A DNA stretch of 64,000 nt from Candidatus Levyibacteriota bacterium (GCA_003152105.1 PLZJ01000002.1:172257-236256); one strand, 5' to 3'; counted from the first letter of the stretch, positions 48,219-56,935 are shown. Program-made: numbers and translations. The notes: a model not told the origin generated them from the letters alone.

Positions 48219-48245
48219 GGTTAAAACATTCTCCACTCTGCGATC
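48219..48245 (+). repeat. cassette-boundary repeat R25 (degenerate)
   Basis: GGTTAAAACATTCTCCACTCTGCGATC. Confidence 0.6.
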
Positions 48246-48296
48246 TCAAAAGCATATTGTAATATATGTATTTAAATAAATACGCTTTATTTAGTT

Positions 48297-49082
48297 TTAC
48301 TTATTAATTACTACTTCATCTGCTAACATAATTAATTCATTTCTAATCTGAAGGGAAAATTCATATTTGCTCATGCCCATAAAACCGAATGTATCAGGAA
48401 TACTTTCTTTTTCAGATTGTGTAGTTGAACGCGTAGTAAATGAAGGGTCAAAATTATACTTATCATCGTTTCCAACTTCATCTTCAACAATTCCAGGATC
48501 GCCTTGCCAAGGTAGAAACGCATAATGACTTTTTCCATTTGGAAACATCAGTAATTTATCTTCAGGAGAGTCAATAAATATAAAAAAGGGATAGGAATTA
48601 ACCGGATCTACTACATCAAGAATTTTTTTAGTTAGTTTTTGTGTGCCACCCGAGAAAACTAAATCATCCACCACTAGTCTTTTTGTTGGTGTCCGTGAAA
48701 TATTAAGTATCTTAATTAATTGATCTATGTTATCCGTACCAAAATGCTTATCCAAATCAGTTCTTGTTTGTATGGATTGAATTAAAGAGTTAGTATCAAT
48801 TTTCGTTTTACTATCAGTTTGAAATATTCTGGTTTTCTCATGCCCAATATTTAAAAATCTTATCTTTGGCAGAGGTTTAGTTGGATTTATAACTGTGAAT
48901 AACTTTCTGTAAAAATAAGCAAGCGGTCTAGCGCTTTTATCAAGGAAAAAAATAGTATTAACATCTTCAGAAGCCTGAACTAACTCCAACCCTCTTCTTT
49001 TAAACAGTTCTCTTTTCTCAACTATGGGAATAATTTTATACTCGCTTTGTATTGCTTCTTCGGGAATTGGTTGCTCTTCCAT
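48297..49082 (-). CDS. cassette gene: phosphoribosyltransferase (PRTase)-domain protein
   Basis: PRPP-binding signature RLVVDDLVFSGGTQ. Confidence 0.45.
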   Translation of the reverse strand: MEEQPIPEEAIQSEYKIIPIVEKRELFKRRGLELVQASEDVNTIFFLDKSARPLAYFYRKLFTVINPTKPLPKIRFLNIGHEKTRIFQTDSKTKIDTNSLIQSIQTRTDLDKHFGTDNIDQLIKILNISRTPTKRLVVDDLVFSGGTQKLTKKILDVVDPVNSYPFFIFIDSPEDKLLMFPNGKSHYAFLPWQGDPGIVEDEVGNDDKYNFDPSFTTRSTTQSEKESIPDTFGFMGMSKYEFSLQIRNELIMLADEVVINK

Positions 49083-49125
49083 AGTTCAATCCTAGTTTAT
49101 AATATATTAAAAAGTCAAACAATTT

Positions 49126-49152
49126 GTTCTAACGTCCTCCACTCCTGCGAGC
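49126..49152 (+). repeat. cassette-boundary repeat R26
   Basis: GTTCTAACGTCCTCCACTCCTGCGAGC. Confidence 0.9.
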
Positions 49153-49259
49153 AAGGTTAGATTAATGACCTAACAGACCCCATAAGCTCTGGTTATTATA
49201 ACTTCCACTTCTTACAAATAAGTTTTATAATTAGGTAAACTGGTAACAAAAGATAACTT

Positions 49260-49436
49260 ATGGACAATAAGCAAAAATCAATCATCCTAACTATTTTAGC
49301 TTGCGTCTCAGCAGCTTCCACTGCGCCCATTGCTGCAACGCCTTCAATAAAAGCAATTTTTATAGTTTTACCACTAATCCTAATGGGTATACTCCTGTTT
49401 TTTGCTGGATATTATGCTGGATTAAGTAAGAAGTGA
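49260..49436 (+). CDS. possible small membrane protein (58 aa, not in ORF track)
   Basis: MDNKQKSIILTILACVSAASTAPIAATPSIKAIFIVLPLILMGILLFFAGYYAGLSKK; two hydrophobic segments; directly upstream of 49450-49821. Confidence 0.35.
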   Translation: MDNKQKSIILTILACVSAASTAPIAATPSIKAIFIVLPLILMGILLFFAGYYAGLSKK

Positions 49437-49449
49437 AATAAATAGAAAA

Positions 49450-49821
49450 ATGAAAAGGCCAACATTTTTAACAATATGGCTCAATGTAATGCTTCTATTC
49501 TCTATTGCACTCACGGTTGATTCTCTCACATACCTTCCTATGATACGTCTTACTAAAAACTATGTTAGTCTTATTGGGATTGTGGCTGGTTTTGTGCAAA
49601 TATGGGCAGTAGTCCAGCTACTCAGATGGAGAAAGATAGGAGTTTGGCTTTTACTGTCCTCAGCAATTGTAATAATGTTTGTAACAGCTATCAATGAATT
49701 TTATCTTATATCTAATGTAGGCCAAATACTTGTCAGTATGTTAATGGTTTTAGTGGTCAATATTGTTATGTTTGGGATTTTATATTTAGCGATAAGACCG
49801 GTTTGGAAAAACTTCAAATAG
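49450..49821 (+). CDS. cassette gene: small polytopic membrane protein
   Basis: 4 TM helices. Confidence 0.45.
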   Translation: MKRPTFLTIWLNVMLLFSIALTVDSLTYLPMIRLTKNYVSLIGIVAGFVQIWAVVQLLRWRKIGVWLLLSSAIVIMFVTAINEFYLISNVGQILVSMLMVLVVNIVMFGILYLAIRPVWKNFK

Positions 49822-49854
49822 AAAACTCTAAATTGCGAAGGATTTGGATGATTG

Positions 49855-49960
49855 TAACTTCTTTATTTCCTCCCTCCTTTGTCTAAACTCCCCAAAGACG
49901 CATAAATTCTGGAAAACGCTAATAATTTGTGCGTAATTTATCGGTATAATAAGATTAGGT
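49855..49960 (+). repeat. element C copy 2
   Basis: AACTTCTTTATTTCCTCCCTCCTTTGTCTAAACTCCCCAAAGACGCATAAATTCTGGAAAACGC...GGTATAATAAGAT. Confidence 0.5.
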
Positions 49961-49968
49961 TTTGGGAA

Positions 49969-50029
49969 GCAACTACCCAGCCTCTAAATAGTCCTTTTTA
50001 GCCTCGTTGGAGGAGACTAGGAATCGAAC
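49969..50029 (+). repeat. orphan L-type extension (no preceding 27-nt repeat)
   Basis: GCAACTACCCAGCCTCTAAATAGTCCTTTTTAGCCTCGTTGGAGGAGACTAGGAATCGAAC. Confidence 0.6.
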
Positions 50030-50046
50030 TTTCTAATAAAAGTGTC

Positions 50047-50301
50047 TTAATACGGATATGGAATAAAGGGAATTGGACCTGAAAAATTATTGCTTCCTGT
50101 CACTAAATAATGAAACATCTGCATTGCTAGTAAGGCTGCTACGCAAAATGTAAGTAATGCAATCCACGGTTTAAAAGTTTGTTTGATAAAACGTATTTTT
50201 TTCTGTTTTTTATTTCGTAAAAAATAAATACCTAAAAACAATAGACTAACAATTACTACTAAAGCGATATCTGACAATATTGTTATGATTACATATGTCA
50301 T
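50047..50301 (-). CDS. cassette gene: small membrane protein
   Basis: 84 aa, 2 TM helices. Confidence 0.4.
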   Translation of the reverse strand: MTYVIITILSDIALVVIVSLLFLGIYFLRNKKQKKIRFIKQTFKPWIALLTFCVAALLAMQMFHYLVTGSNNFSGPIPFIPYPY

Positions 50302-50351
50302 TTATTTATAGTCTCAGAATTTCCGTATATATGTCAAATAATTAAATAGTA

Positions 50352-50379
50352 GGTTCTGCCACCTTCCACTCCTGCGAGC
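50352..50379 (+). repeat. cassette-boundary repeat R27
   Basis: GGTTCTGCCACCTTCCACTCCTGCGAGC. Confidence 0.75.
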
Positions 50380-50432
50380 TTATTGATAATAGCAGTTGAC
50401 ATAGTATTATTTATCTGTAACTATAGAATAGA

Positions 50433-50807
50433 ATGTTATTTCAATATTTTTTTATACTATATTTTATATTTCTATTCATTTTTTTTACTTTACAATATCC
50501 ATTAGACTATCTTTTAATGAGTGCTTTGCAAAAGGATTATCCTGAGTTATTGTCCGAATACAATATTGGTGATTTATGGTTTTTAAACAGAATGACAACG
50601 TGGAGGACATTGAAACTTACTTTTGATGACGAATTAGCTCAAAATGCAAGCGCAAAGTTAATATTGCTTATAAACATATATCGCTATAGCACACTATTAA
50701 GTTATGTAGCAATTTTTATTTTTATCTTTATAGCAATTTTAGATTCAAAAGATAGTGTCCAAGCTATTATAATTATGTTCAATTTTATCGGTATTCATAT
50801 TAAATAA
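50433..50807 (+). CDS. cassette gene: membrane protein
   Basis: 124 aa, hydrophobic N- and C-terminal segments. Confidence 0.4.
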   Translation: MLFQYFFILYFIFLFIFFTLQYPLDYLLMSALQKDYPELLSEYNIGDLWFLNRMTTWRTLKLTFDDELAQNASAKLILLINIYRYSTLLSYVAIFIFIFIAILDSKDSVQAIIIMFNFIGIHIK

Positions 50808-50810
50808 TAT

Positions 50811-50837
50811 GTTCTAACGTCCTCCACTCCTACGAGC
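50811..50837 (+). repeat. cassette-boundary repeat R28
   Basis: GTTCTAACGTCCTCCACTCCTACGAGC. Confidence 0.85.
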
Positions 50838-50846
50838 TTCAATAAT

Positions 50847-51554
50847 TTATTTAACACTATATTTAGAGTCTGTATGATTTTCCCAAAATTCCAGAAAAGA
50901 TTTACGATATTTTGGAAGTCTATGCCTACCTTTTCTCCATTCGGATTTATGGGTTAAATGTTTAATTTCTATCGAAGGAGCAAAATACGCAAGTGCATTT
51001 TCTGATGATAGAACAAAAGGAGGATAGTTTCCCTGCATATTGACCCAACTTGCAATTAAGGCGCCTGTTCTATGATTGCCATCTGATTTAAAGAGTTGTG
51101 GTTGTCCAAGTATGGCTATATATACCTCGGCTGTTATTTTTCTAAAGTCATCACCACGTTTTTTATGTCGTTTATACCAATCGGATACATATTCAACTTG
51201 ATCATAAAAATGAGCAGAAGTCTCCTTTAATGCCTGAGCGTTTTCCATTCTTAATCTATGATCATTACCATAAAGAACAATAGTGTTTAATGCAAGCATA
51301 TGATGAAGGCTTGAATCAACACAGGGTTCTACGTCTTGCAAAATAAGTTTATCTAAATACTCATAACCTATCATCATTCTTTGTCTCACTTCTGAATTAA
51401 AAGGAGGGTTTTTAGCTCCAATTTTATGTTTAGCTAATAATTCGTTAATCTCACTCCAATTATCCTGTACTGATTGGAGAGATTGATCTACTAATGCTAG
51501 GTTTAAATGCTCAGGCGTGGGTTTTAAATACTCTGACATAGGTGGATTATACAA
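50847..51554 (-). CDS. cassette gene: hypothetical protein
   Basis: ORF between R28 and R29. Confidence 0.45.
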   Translation of the reverse strand: MYNPPMSEYLKPTPEHLNLALVDQSLQSVQDNWSEINELLAKHKIGAKNPPFNSEVRQRMMIGYEYLDKLILQDVEPCVDSSLHHMLALNTIVLYGNDHRLRMENAQALKETSAHFYDQVEYVSDWYKRHKKRGDDFRKITAEVYIAILGQPQLFKSDGNHRTGALIASWVNMQGNYPPFVLSSENALAYFAPSIEIKHLTHKSEWRKGRHRLPKYRKSFLEFWENHTDSKYSVK

Positions 51555-51561
51555 CTATATA

Positions 51562-51589
51562 GGCTCTAACGTACTCCACTCCTGCGAGC
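51562..51589 (+). repeat. cassette-boundary repeat R29
   Basis: GGCTCTAACGTACTCCACTCCTGCGAGC. Confidence 0.85.
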
Positions 51590-51666
51590 TTCAGTTTGTT
51601 ACAAAACAATTGTGAGTAGCATGGTGAGGTAGAACTTATTATCTTAATGGTGTATACTGCCTTTGT

Positions 51667-51942
51667 ATGGAAAAGAATATATTAAATTATAGAATTATTA
51701 TTGAAAGGGAGAAATATGATGATAGATCTCCAGTTTATGTTGCCTATTGTCCAACACTAGGTATTTCTGACTATGGTGATACAGTTGAGGAAGTATTAGC
51801 TAGTATAAAAGATGGCATTGAACTTGCAGTAGAGTCTTTAGCAAAAGAGGGTAAAGAAGTACCTATTGATCAGGTTGAAGACCAAATAATTACTTCTACA
51901 AAAATTAATATTCCTTCAGGTTTAAAAATCTCTTATTCCTAA
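51667..51942 (+). CDS. hicB: HicB-family antitoxin (UPF0150-like)
   Basis: 91 aa; YRIIIEREKYDDRSPVYVAYCPTLGISDYGDTVEEVLASIKDGIELAVE; immediately upstream of hicA with a 1-nt gap. Confidence 0.55.
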   Translation: MEKNILNYRIIIEREKYDDRSPVYVAYCPTLGISDYGDTVEEVLASIKDGIELAVESLAKEGKEVPIDQVEDQIITSTKINIPSGLKISYS

Positions 51943-51943
51943 A

Positions 51944-52168
51944 ATGAGTAAATTACCTCGTAATGTAAAAGGGAAACAATTAATCACAGCTTTAGAGAAA
52001 CTAGGATTTAAAGTAGTAGGTAAACGAGGTAGTCATCATCGTCTTTCTCATCCTGATGGAAGATGGACTCAAGTTGCAGTACATCCTAAACCAATTCCTC
52101 AAGGAACTCTAAGAGCAATTATTCGTCAAGCAGAAATATCAGTTGAGGATTTAATCAAAATTATTTAA
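51944..52168 (+). CDS. hicA: HicA-family mRNA interferase toxin
   Basis: 74 aa; KGKQLITALEKLGFKVVGKRGSHHRLSHPDGRWTQVAVHPKPIPQGTLRAIIRQAEI matches the HicA/YcfA fold. Confidence 0.6.
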   Translation: MSKLPRNVKGKQLITALEKLGFKVVGKRGSHHRLSHPDGRWTQVAVHPKPIPQGTLRAIIRQAEISVEDLIKII

Positions 52169-52182
52169 AAACTTATCCAGAA

Positions 52183-52210
52183 GATTCTAGCATCCTCCAC
52201 TCCTGCGAGC
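52183..52210 (+). repeat. cassette-boundary repeat R30 (last)
   Basis: GATTCTAGCATCCTCCACTCCTGCGAGC. Confidence 0.85.
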
Positions 52211-52258
52211 AACTATCTAGCCTCAAAATAGTCAATTTTAGCCTCGTTGGAGGAGATG
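52211..52258 (+). repeat. truncated L-type extension (right arm lost after GGAGGAGA)
   Basis: AACTATCTAGCCTCAAAATAGTCAATTTTAGCCTCGTTGGAGGAGATG then unrelated sequence leading into a transposase gene. Confidence 0.6.
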
Positions 52259-52306
52259 AATAAGTCGCGATACATTTCGGAAAATTGAATCTAAATTTAA
52301 TGTTCT

Positions 52307-52990
52307 ATGCCAACTGATTTTAAAAGAGTAAGATATCACCGACCAAATATATCTAAATTGAGCTATCATATCGAGATGAAAGCTCTGCAAGATTCCATGG
52401 CAACTCAGATATCTGATGTAGCTGCGTTTAGAATTCATGTAATCACTCATTACTACAAATATGGACTGCGTGCTACACTTGATGCTTTTAACCTAAAACA
52501 AAGCACATTCTATGATTGGAAGTGGGCATATGAGAGAAACTACAGAAGAGTAATTGCTCTTGTTCCTAAGAAAACTATTCCTAAAGCTGTTAGGAGAATG
52601 GAAACAGACTGGAGGATAATAGACTTTATCAAACAAATGAGAATTGAGCATGGAAACATAGGAAAAGAAATGCTTAAACCATTTGTTGATGCATATGCAA
52701 AAGAGCTTGGAATCAAAACCATAGGTACTACTACAATTCAAAAGATAATTAAAAGAAGACACTTTACCTTTGAAAAAAAAGTTTACCCACAAAAACAGAA
52801 AAACAAATTTACCAAGCTAAGAACAAGAAAATCACCTAAGGTACAAAGACCAGGATTTGTACAAATGGATTCAATAGTTGTGTATGTGAACTATGAGAAG
52901 TATTTATTTATGTGCTGTATTGATATCTTTACTAAGTTTGCTCACGTGGTGTGCGTAGATACACTTTCTGACAGGTATACGCTAAAGTAG
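52307..52990 (+). pseudogene. transposase, C-terminally truncated (DDE domain cut by the IS3-family insertion)
   Basis: N-terminal HTH-like region, then the start of the catalytic core (GFVQMDSIVVYV...) ending abruptly at the IS boundary. Confidence 0.4.
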
Positions 52991-53035
52991 ACACTGAGTC
53001 TTAGTATCAATATATACTAGAGAAGAGGTGTTTTT

Positions 53036-53155
53036 ATGTTTGCCCCAATTAATCCAGAAGTTAAAGCAGAAATAATTGAAAAGATTAAAAAAGGAGGAAA
53101 AGTTTTAGATCTTTCCAAGCAATATGGAGTTCACGAGAAAACAATCTATGGCTGA
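53036..53155 (+). pseudogene. IS3-family OrfA (HTH) fragment with premature stop; downstream leucine-zipper part in another frame
   Basis: MFAPINPEVKAEIIEKIKKGGKVLDLSKQYGVHEKTIYG then stop; continues as LRKKAIGTISLLEYNRLRNENTQLKQ in a shifted frame. Confidence 0.45.
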
Positions 53156-53289
53156 CTTAGGAAAAAAGCAATTGGAACAATTTCCCTTCTTGAGTACAAC
53201 AGATTAAGAAATGAAAATACGCAACTAAAGCAAATCATAGGTGTTTTAACTTACGAGATAGAAAAATCAAAAAAAAAGAAGTGAGATCA

Positions 53290-54125
53290 AAGATCTTTTA
53301 GAAGTTTCCATAAAGGGCATAAACAAAAAACTGCTTTCCCAACTACTAAATCTTGCCAGAGCAACTATCTACAAACCTAAGGTTGATCATGCAAGTGAGG
53401 ATGAACTTCTTAAGGATCAAATACTTAAGGCACTTGAACTTCACCCTTCCTATGGACACAGAAGAATTGCTTTGTTCCTTAACCTTGGCCAAAGGAAAGT
53501 CAGAAGAGTAATGAAACAGTATGGTTTAAAACCATACAAACGTAAAGCCAGGTGGAGAAAAAGAAGAGATGAAAGACGTGAGGAACAACCATACTTAAAT
53601 TTAATCAAAGGTAGTTGTCCAATTAAACCAGGAACGGTCCTGGTTGGAGATTTTACCCACATAATATACCAATCTAAAGTTTTGTATCTGGCAACATATA
53701 TGGATGTATATACAAGAGAAGTAGTTGGTTGGCATATTTCAAACAAACATACCAAAGAACTGGTTCTTGAAGCTATGCTTGATGCAATTAAAACCTTAGG
53801 TCAAAAACCAAAGGTTGTGCATACAGATCAGGGATCAGAATATTGTTCAAAAGAAAATCTTTCATTTCTAGAAAGTCTTGGTATTCAAATCTCCATGAGC
53901 AAGAAGGCATCGCCTTGGGAGAATGGTTACCAGGAAAGTTTTTACAACAACTTTAAAACAGATCTGGGACTTGAGTTTGATAGATTTGAAACACTTGGAC
54001 ACTTAGTTGCTGCAATTTATGAAACTATCAACTATTACAACCAGGAAAGAATTCACACAAAACTAAAGATGGCGCCTGTAAAATTTAAAGAGAAATTCTT
54101 GAGAAATTCAGCCGATAGAGGTTAA
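53290..54125 (+). CDS. IS3-family transposase OrfB (rve integrase core); ORF track gives 53472-54125
   Basis: HTDQGSEY, SKKASPWENGYQESFYNNFK, YYNQERIHTKLKMAPVKF; the same frame stays open upstream to about 53290. Confidence 0.6.
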
Positions 54126-54233
54126 GAATGAGTGTCTACTAAAACGTGTACTTGACACTATTTATTTTTCTCAACTTTTTTATTTATAATTTGGATTCTT
54201 TTATTTCTTCTCAGAAAAAATCTAAGAAGAGAG

Positions 54234-54839
54234 ATGCTTTTTGGGAGCGTATTGTTAACACCAATGGCACTTACAGAACCATTTTTTGTACCGACATATT
54301 GGAGACCAGATTCTATTTTAAATCATCCCAAATTGTCAGTAGAAGATTTTATTTTTTGCTTCGCTATTGGAGGAATAATTGCAATCTGTTACGAATTTGT
54401 TATGGGGAGCGCACTTGACCACTATAGGCTGCATCGTACAATTAGATATGTATTTTTTCAGTTATTGTTTTTACTATCTGGAGGAATTATTTTATTCGTG
54501 TTTTATCTCATATTAAGACTAGAGTTTATATATGCTACATACCTTTTTGCAATCACAGAGATTAGTATATTTACCGTTTTAAGAAGAGATCTGTTACGAA
54601 AAATAATATATTCTGGGATTATATTCGGTACATTTTATTCAACTGTTTATATTGTATTTTCGATATTATTTCCAATCAGATTCGTGCATATGTGGAATAT
54701 TCGAGATTTGTCAGGTATATTTGTACTAGGCATGCCGCTTGAAGAGATTGTTTGGGCATTTCTTATTGGAGCTGTAGCTGCACCATTTTATGAACTTATT
54801 TTTAGTCTAGAGCTAAAAAAGCATTCAGTAGATTCCTAA
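54234..54839 (+). CDS. lycopene cyclase-domain membrane protein
   Basis: About 6 TM helices with conserved PxEE motif (GMPLEEIVWAF). Confidence 0.4.
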   Translation: MLFGSVLLTPMALTEPFFVPTYWRPDSILNHPKLSVEDFIFCFAIGGIIAICYEFVMGSALDHYRLHRTIRYVFFQLLFLLSGGIILFVFYLILRLEFIYATYLFAITEISIFTVLRRDLLRKIIYSGIIFGTFYSTVYIVFSILFPIRFVHMWNIRDLSGIFVLGMPLEEIVWAFLIGAVAAPFYELIFSLELKKHSVDS

Positions 54840-54860
54840 CTTCATTACTCTTGCAATTTC

Positions 54861-55349
54861 TTATTTGGCTTGCAATAGTTCGTTTATGATAATTTTTTTC
54901 ATCTTAAGCATCGCCTGCATAGCTTTTTCACCATTTATTAATTCAGCAATATTTTCAGGAGCTACTTGCCATGAAAGTCCAAATTTATCTTTTAACCATC
55001 CACATTGTTCTGCTTCTGGGACAGCTGAAAGTTTTTCCCAAAAATAATCAATTTCCTCTTGGTCTTTACATTGAATTACAAAGGAGATAGATTCGTTGAA
55101 CTTAAAGTTTGGTCCACCATTTAATCCTAAAAATTGTCGCCCATTTAATTCAAAATCTATGACCAAAACAGAACCTTTAGATCCCGATGGCGTATCAGCT
55201 GAGGCATGAGTGACATTTAGAACTTTTGAGTTTGGGAAAACAGAAACATAAAAATTTGCAGCTTCCTCAGCATTTTTATCAAACCATAAACAAGGATAAA
55301 TATATTTCATAGCTAAGACAATTTTACTAAGTTTATATAATAAAATCAA
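54861..55349 (-). CDS. VOC-family protein (PhnB-like)
   Basis: N-terminal KYIYPCLWFDKNAEEAANFYVSVF typical of PhnB/3-demethylubiquinone-9 methyltransferase-like VOC proteins. Confidence 0.55.
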   Translation of the reverse strand: MILLYKLSKIVLAMKYIYPCLWFDKNAEEAANFYVSVFPNSKVLNVTHASADTPSGSKGSVLVIDFELNGRQFLGLNGGPNFKFNESISFVIQCKDQEEIDYFWEKLSAVPEAEQCGWLKDKFGLSWQVAPENIAELINGEKAMQAMLKMKKIIINELLQAK

Positions 55350-55494
55350 TATAAATCCACAAGAATTAAGTATGAGATTATTAACAATATGCCAATATTA
55401 TGACTAAAATTTACTTAAATAAAAGGTTCTGACAGCTTCAATTTATGTAGCTCAAATTTTTGACAACGCTGATATTTAAGCATATCATGTATCC

Positions 55495-55665
55495 ATGCAT
55501 GTATTTAAACCATTAATTATACTAGGGTTGGTCTTGATGATTGTCATAATCGTTACTGTAGATTTATTGTTCTTCAAAAACCGGTTTTGGGAACGACTAA
55601 TTGTGAATATAGGAATCGTCTTAGTATTTGCAGCTTTATACTTGATATATTTTAGACATCAGTAA
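55495..55665 (+). CDS. possible small membrane protein (56 aa, not in ORF track)
   Basis: MHVFKPLIILGLVLMIVIIVTVDLLFFKNRFWERLIVNIGIVLVFAALYLIYFRHQ; two TM helices. Confidence 0.25.
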   Translation: MHVFKPLIILGLVLMIVIIVTVDLLFFKNRFWERLIVNIGIVLVFAALYLIYFRHQ

Positions 55666-55746
55666 TGAAGTAAATTCATCAACAATAGATAGATAACTTA
55701 AATAATATTACTAAAAAATGTTAACAAGTTCTAATTATATGAGTAA

Positions 55747-56439
55747 TTAGAAAATCCCCGGGATCAATCTCCAGCGTACTTTATTTTGATATTCTTTGTA
55801 GCCTTTTAATTCACTTCTAAGTAGTTTCTCTTCTTCAGTTGCCCTAATAGCAAAGAAAAGGAAAAAAACAGGAGTAATAAGCATGACCCACAAAGAACCA
55901 AGCGCCAAGGGTGCACCTAGAATATAAATAAGAGCTCCCGCATACATTGGGTGTCTGATGATTCCATAGGTGCCAGTTTGGATAAGCTCCTGATCTTTTT
56001 CAACTCTTACATTCGATGAGGCGAAACTATTCTCCTTCGTAACAATGTAATAAATATATAAGCCAATGAATACTAAAAAGTCTCCTAATATACTTAGATA
56101 CCATGGAACAGGGGACCATCCAAATCTGTGATCAAGCGGAGGTAATACTAAGAAAGCTAAGATTAAAGGCGTCCCAAGTAGAACTAAAATTTTTTGAGTT
56201 TTTTCTTTTTCACGACCCATTTGCATGCGTCTCTTAAAAAGTTTTGGATTATGGATCGCAATATTAACTGTTATTACAGTCAGCTCAATTCCAACTACCA
56301 AACAGTAAAACCAGCCTTGCCAATAGTTAATAGTTCCTGCAGAAGCAAAAGTCAAAATGAAGAAAAATAAGACACCTAACATGCTTAAAAACAGTGATTG
56401 AAAGATAGGTTTATGCATATTGTTTAATAAAACAATCAA
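55747..56439 (-). CDS. isoprenylcysteine carboxyl methyltransferase (ICMT)-family membrane methyltransferase
   Basis: C-terminal GIIRHPMYAGALIYILG...E motif of the ICMT/PEMT family. Confidence 0.55.
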   Translation of the reverse strand: MIVLLNNMHKPIFQSLFLSMLGVLFFFILTFASAGTINYWQGWFYCLVVGIELTVITVNIAIHNPKLFKRRMQMGREKEKTQKILVLLGTPLILAFLVLPPLDHRFGWSPVPWYLSILGDFLVFIGLYIYYIVTKENSFASSNVRVEKDQELIQTGTYGIIRHPMYAGALIYILGAPLALGSLWVMLITPVFFLFFAIRATEEEKLLRSELKGYKEYQNKVRWRLIPGIF

Positions 56440-56575
56440 TTGATATCAATAGGATACTCTTAAGTAAGAGTGCAATCAAGTATTCTTAGTTCTAATACTC
56501 TACCGATAGCAGTTTTTCTTACTAACTTCTTACTTTACTTTTGAAGGTTAATTATTTACAATTATTCTGTAATCT

Positions 56576-56935
56576 ATGTTAAATCTTAATTCAATGATGA
56601 TCGGGTCGTTTCAGCAAAAGGTTTTGGCTGAGTTTTACCAAAAAGTATTTGAAAAAGAACCTGATATGGCTGATGGTGGTTATTCAGGTTGGCTAGTTGG
56701 AAAAACATTCTTTGCGGTCGGAGAGCACTCAGACATCAAAAACAAGTCTAAAGAACCTGCAAGATTTATATTCAATTTTGAAACAATAGATGTAAAAAAA
56801 GAGTTTAATCGAATTAAGAATATCGGTGCAGAAGTCATAAAAGAGCCTTACGAAATGGGTGGTGCATGGATCGCTACGCTGGCAGATCCAGATGGTAACT
56901 ATTTTCAATTAATGACTCCTTGGGAATCCAAATAG
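56576..56935 (+). CDS. VOC/glyoxalase-family protein
   Basis: 119 aa; glyoxalase-like beta-alpha-beta-beta-beta pattern (ADPDGNYFQL). Confidence 0.5.
   Translation: MLNLNSMMIGSFQQKVLAEFYQKVFEKEPDMADGGYSGWLVGKTFFAVGEHSDIKNKSKEPARFIFNFETIDVKKEFNRIKNIGAEVIKEPYEMGGAWIATLADPDGNYFQLMTPWESK

Larger units (their letters stand above)
30356..52258 (+). repeat. integron-like gene-cassette array: about 32 single-gene cassettes separated by a direct 27-28 nt repeat (consensus GGTTCTAACRTCCTCCACTCCTGCGAGC), 27 canonical copies plus degenerate/orphan remnants
   Basis: Repeat copies read directly at the coordinates listed below, all on the + strand whichever way the gene faces, one per intergenic region. 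Confidence 0.85.
52991..54140 (+). mobile_element. IS3-family insertion sequence (orfA fragment + orfB), probably degraded
   Basis: Terminal imperfect inverted repeats TAGACACTGAG (52990-53000) / GAGTGTCTAC (54129-54138); orfA 53036-53155 (HTH, premature stop); A8 slippery run at about 53270; OrfB rve DDE domain. Confidence 0.55.

Noticed and set aside
30356-52258. CRISPR array
   Set aside because: Repeat spacing is 300-1200 bp and every unit between repeats is a protein-coding gene with its own promoter. The repeat is not palindromic, no cas genes are present, and no leader is seen.
30356-52258. Xer/dif-like (pdif) module array, as on Acinetobacter plasmids
   Set aside because: The 27-28 nt length invites the comparison. 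But dif sites are two inverted 11-nt arms around a 6-nt spacer and alternate in orientation between modules. These repeats are non-palindromic and strictly direct.
30356-52258. Minus-strand reading of the repeat (GCTCGCAGGAGTGGAGGATGTTAGAAC) as a Shine-Dalgarno plus ATG start signal
   Set aside because: No ORF of meaningful length follows the ATG on the minus strand at any copy.
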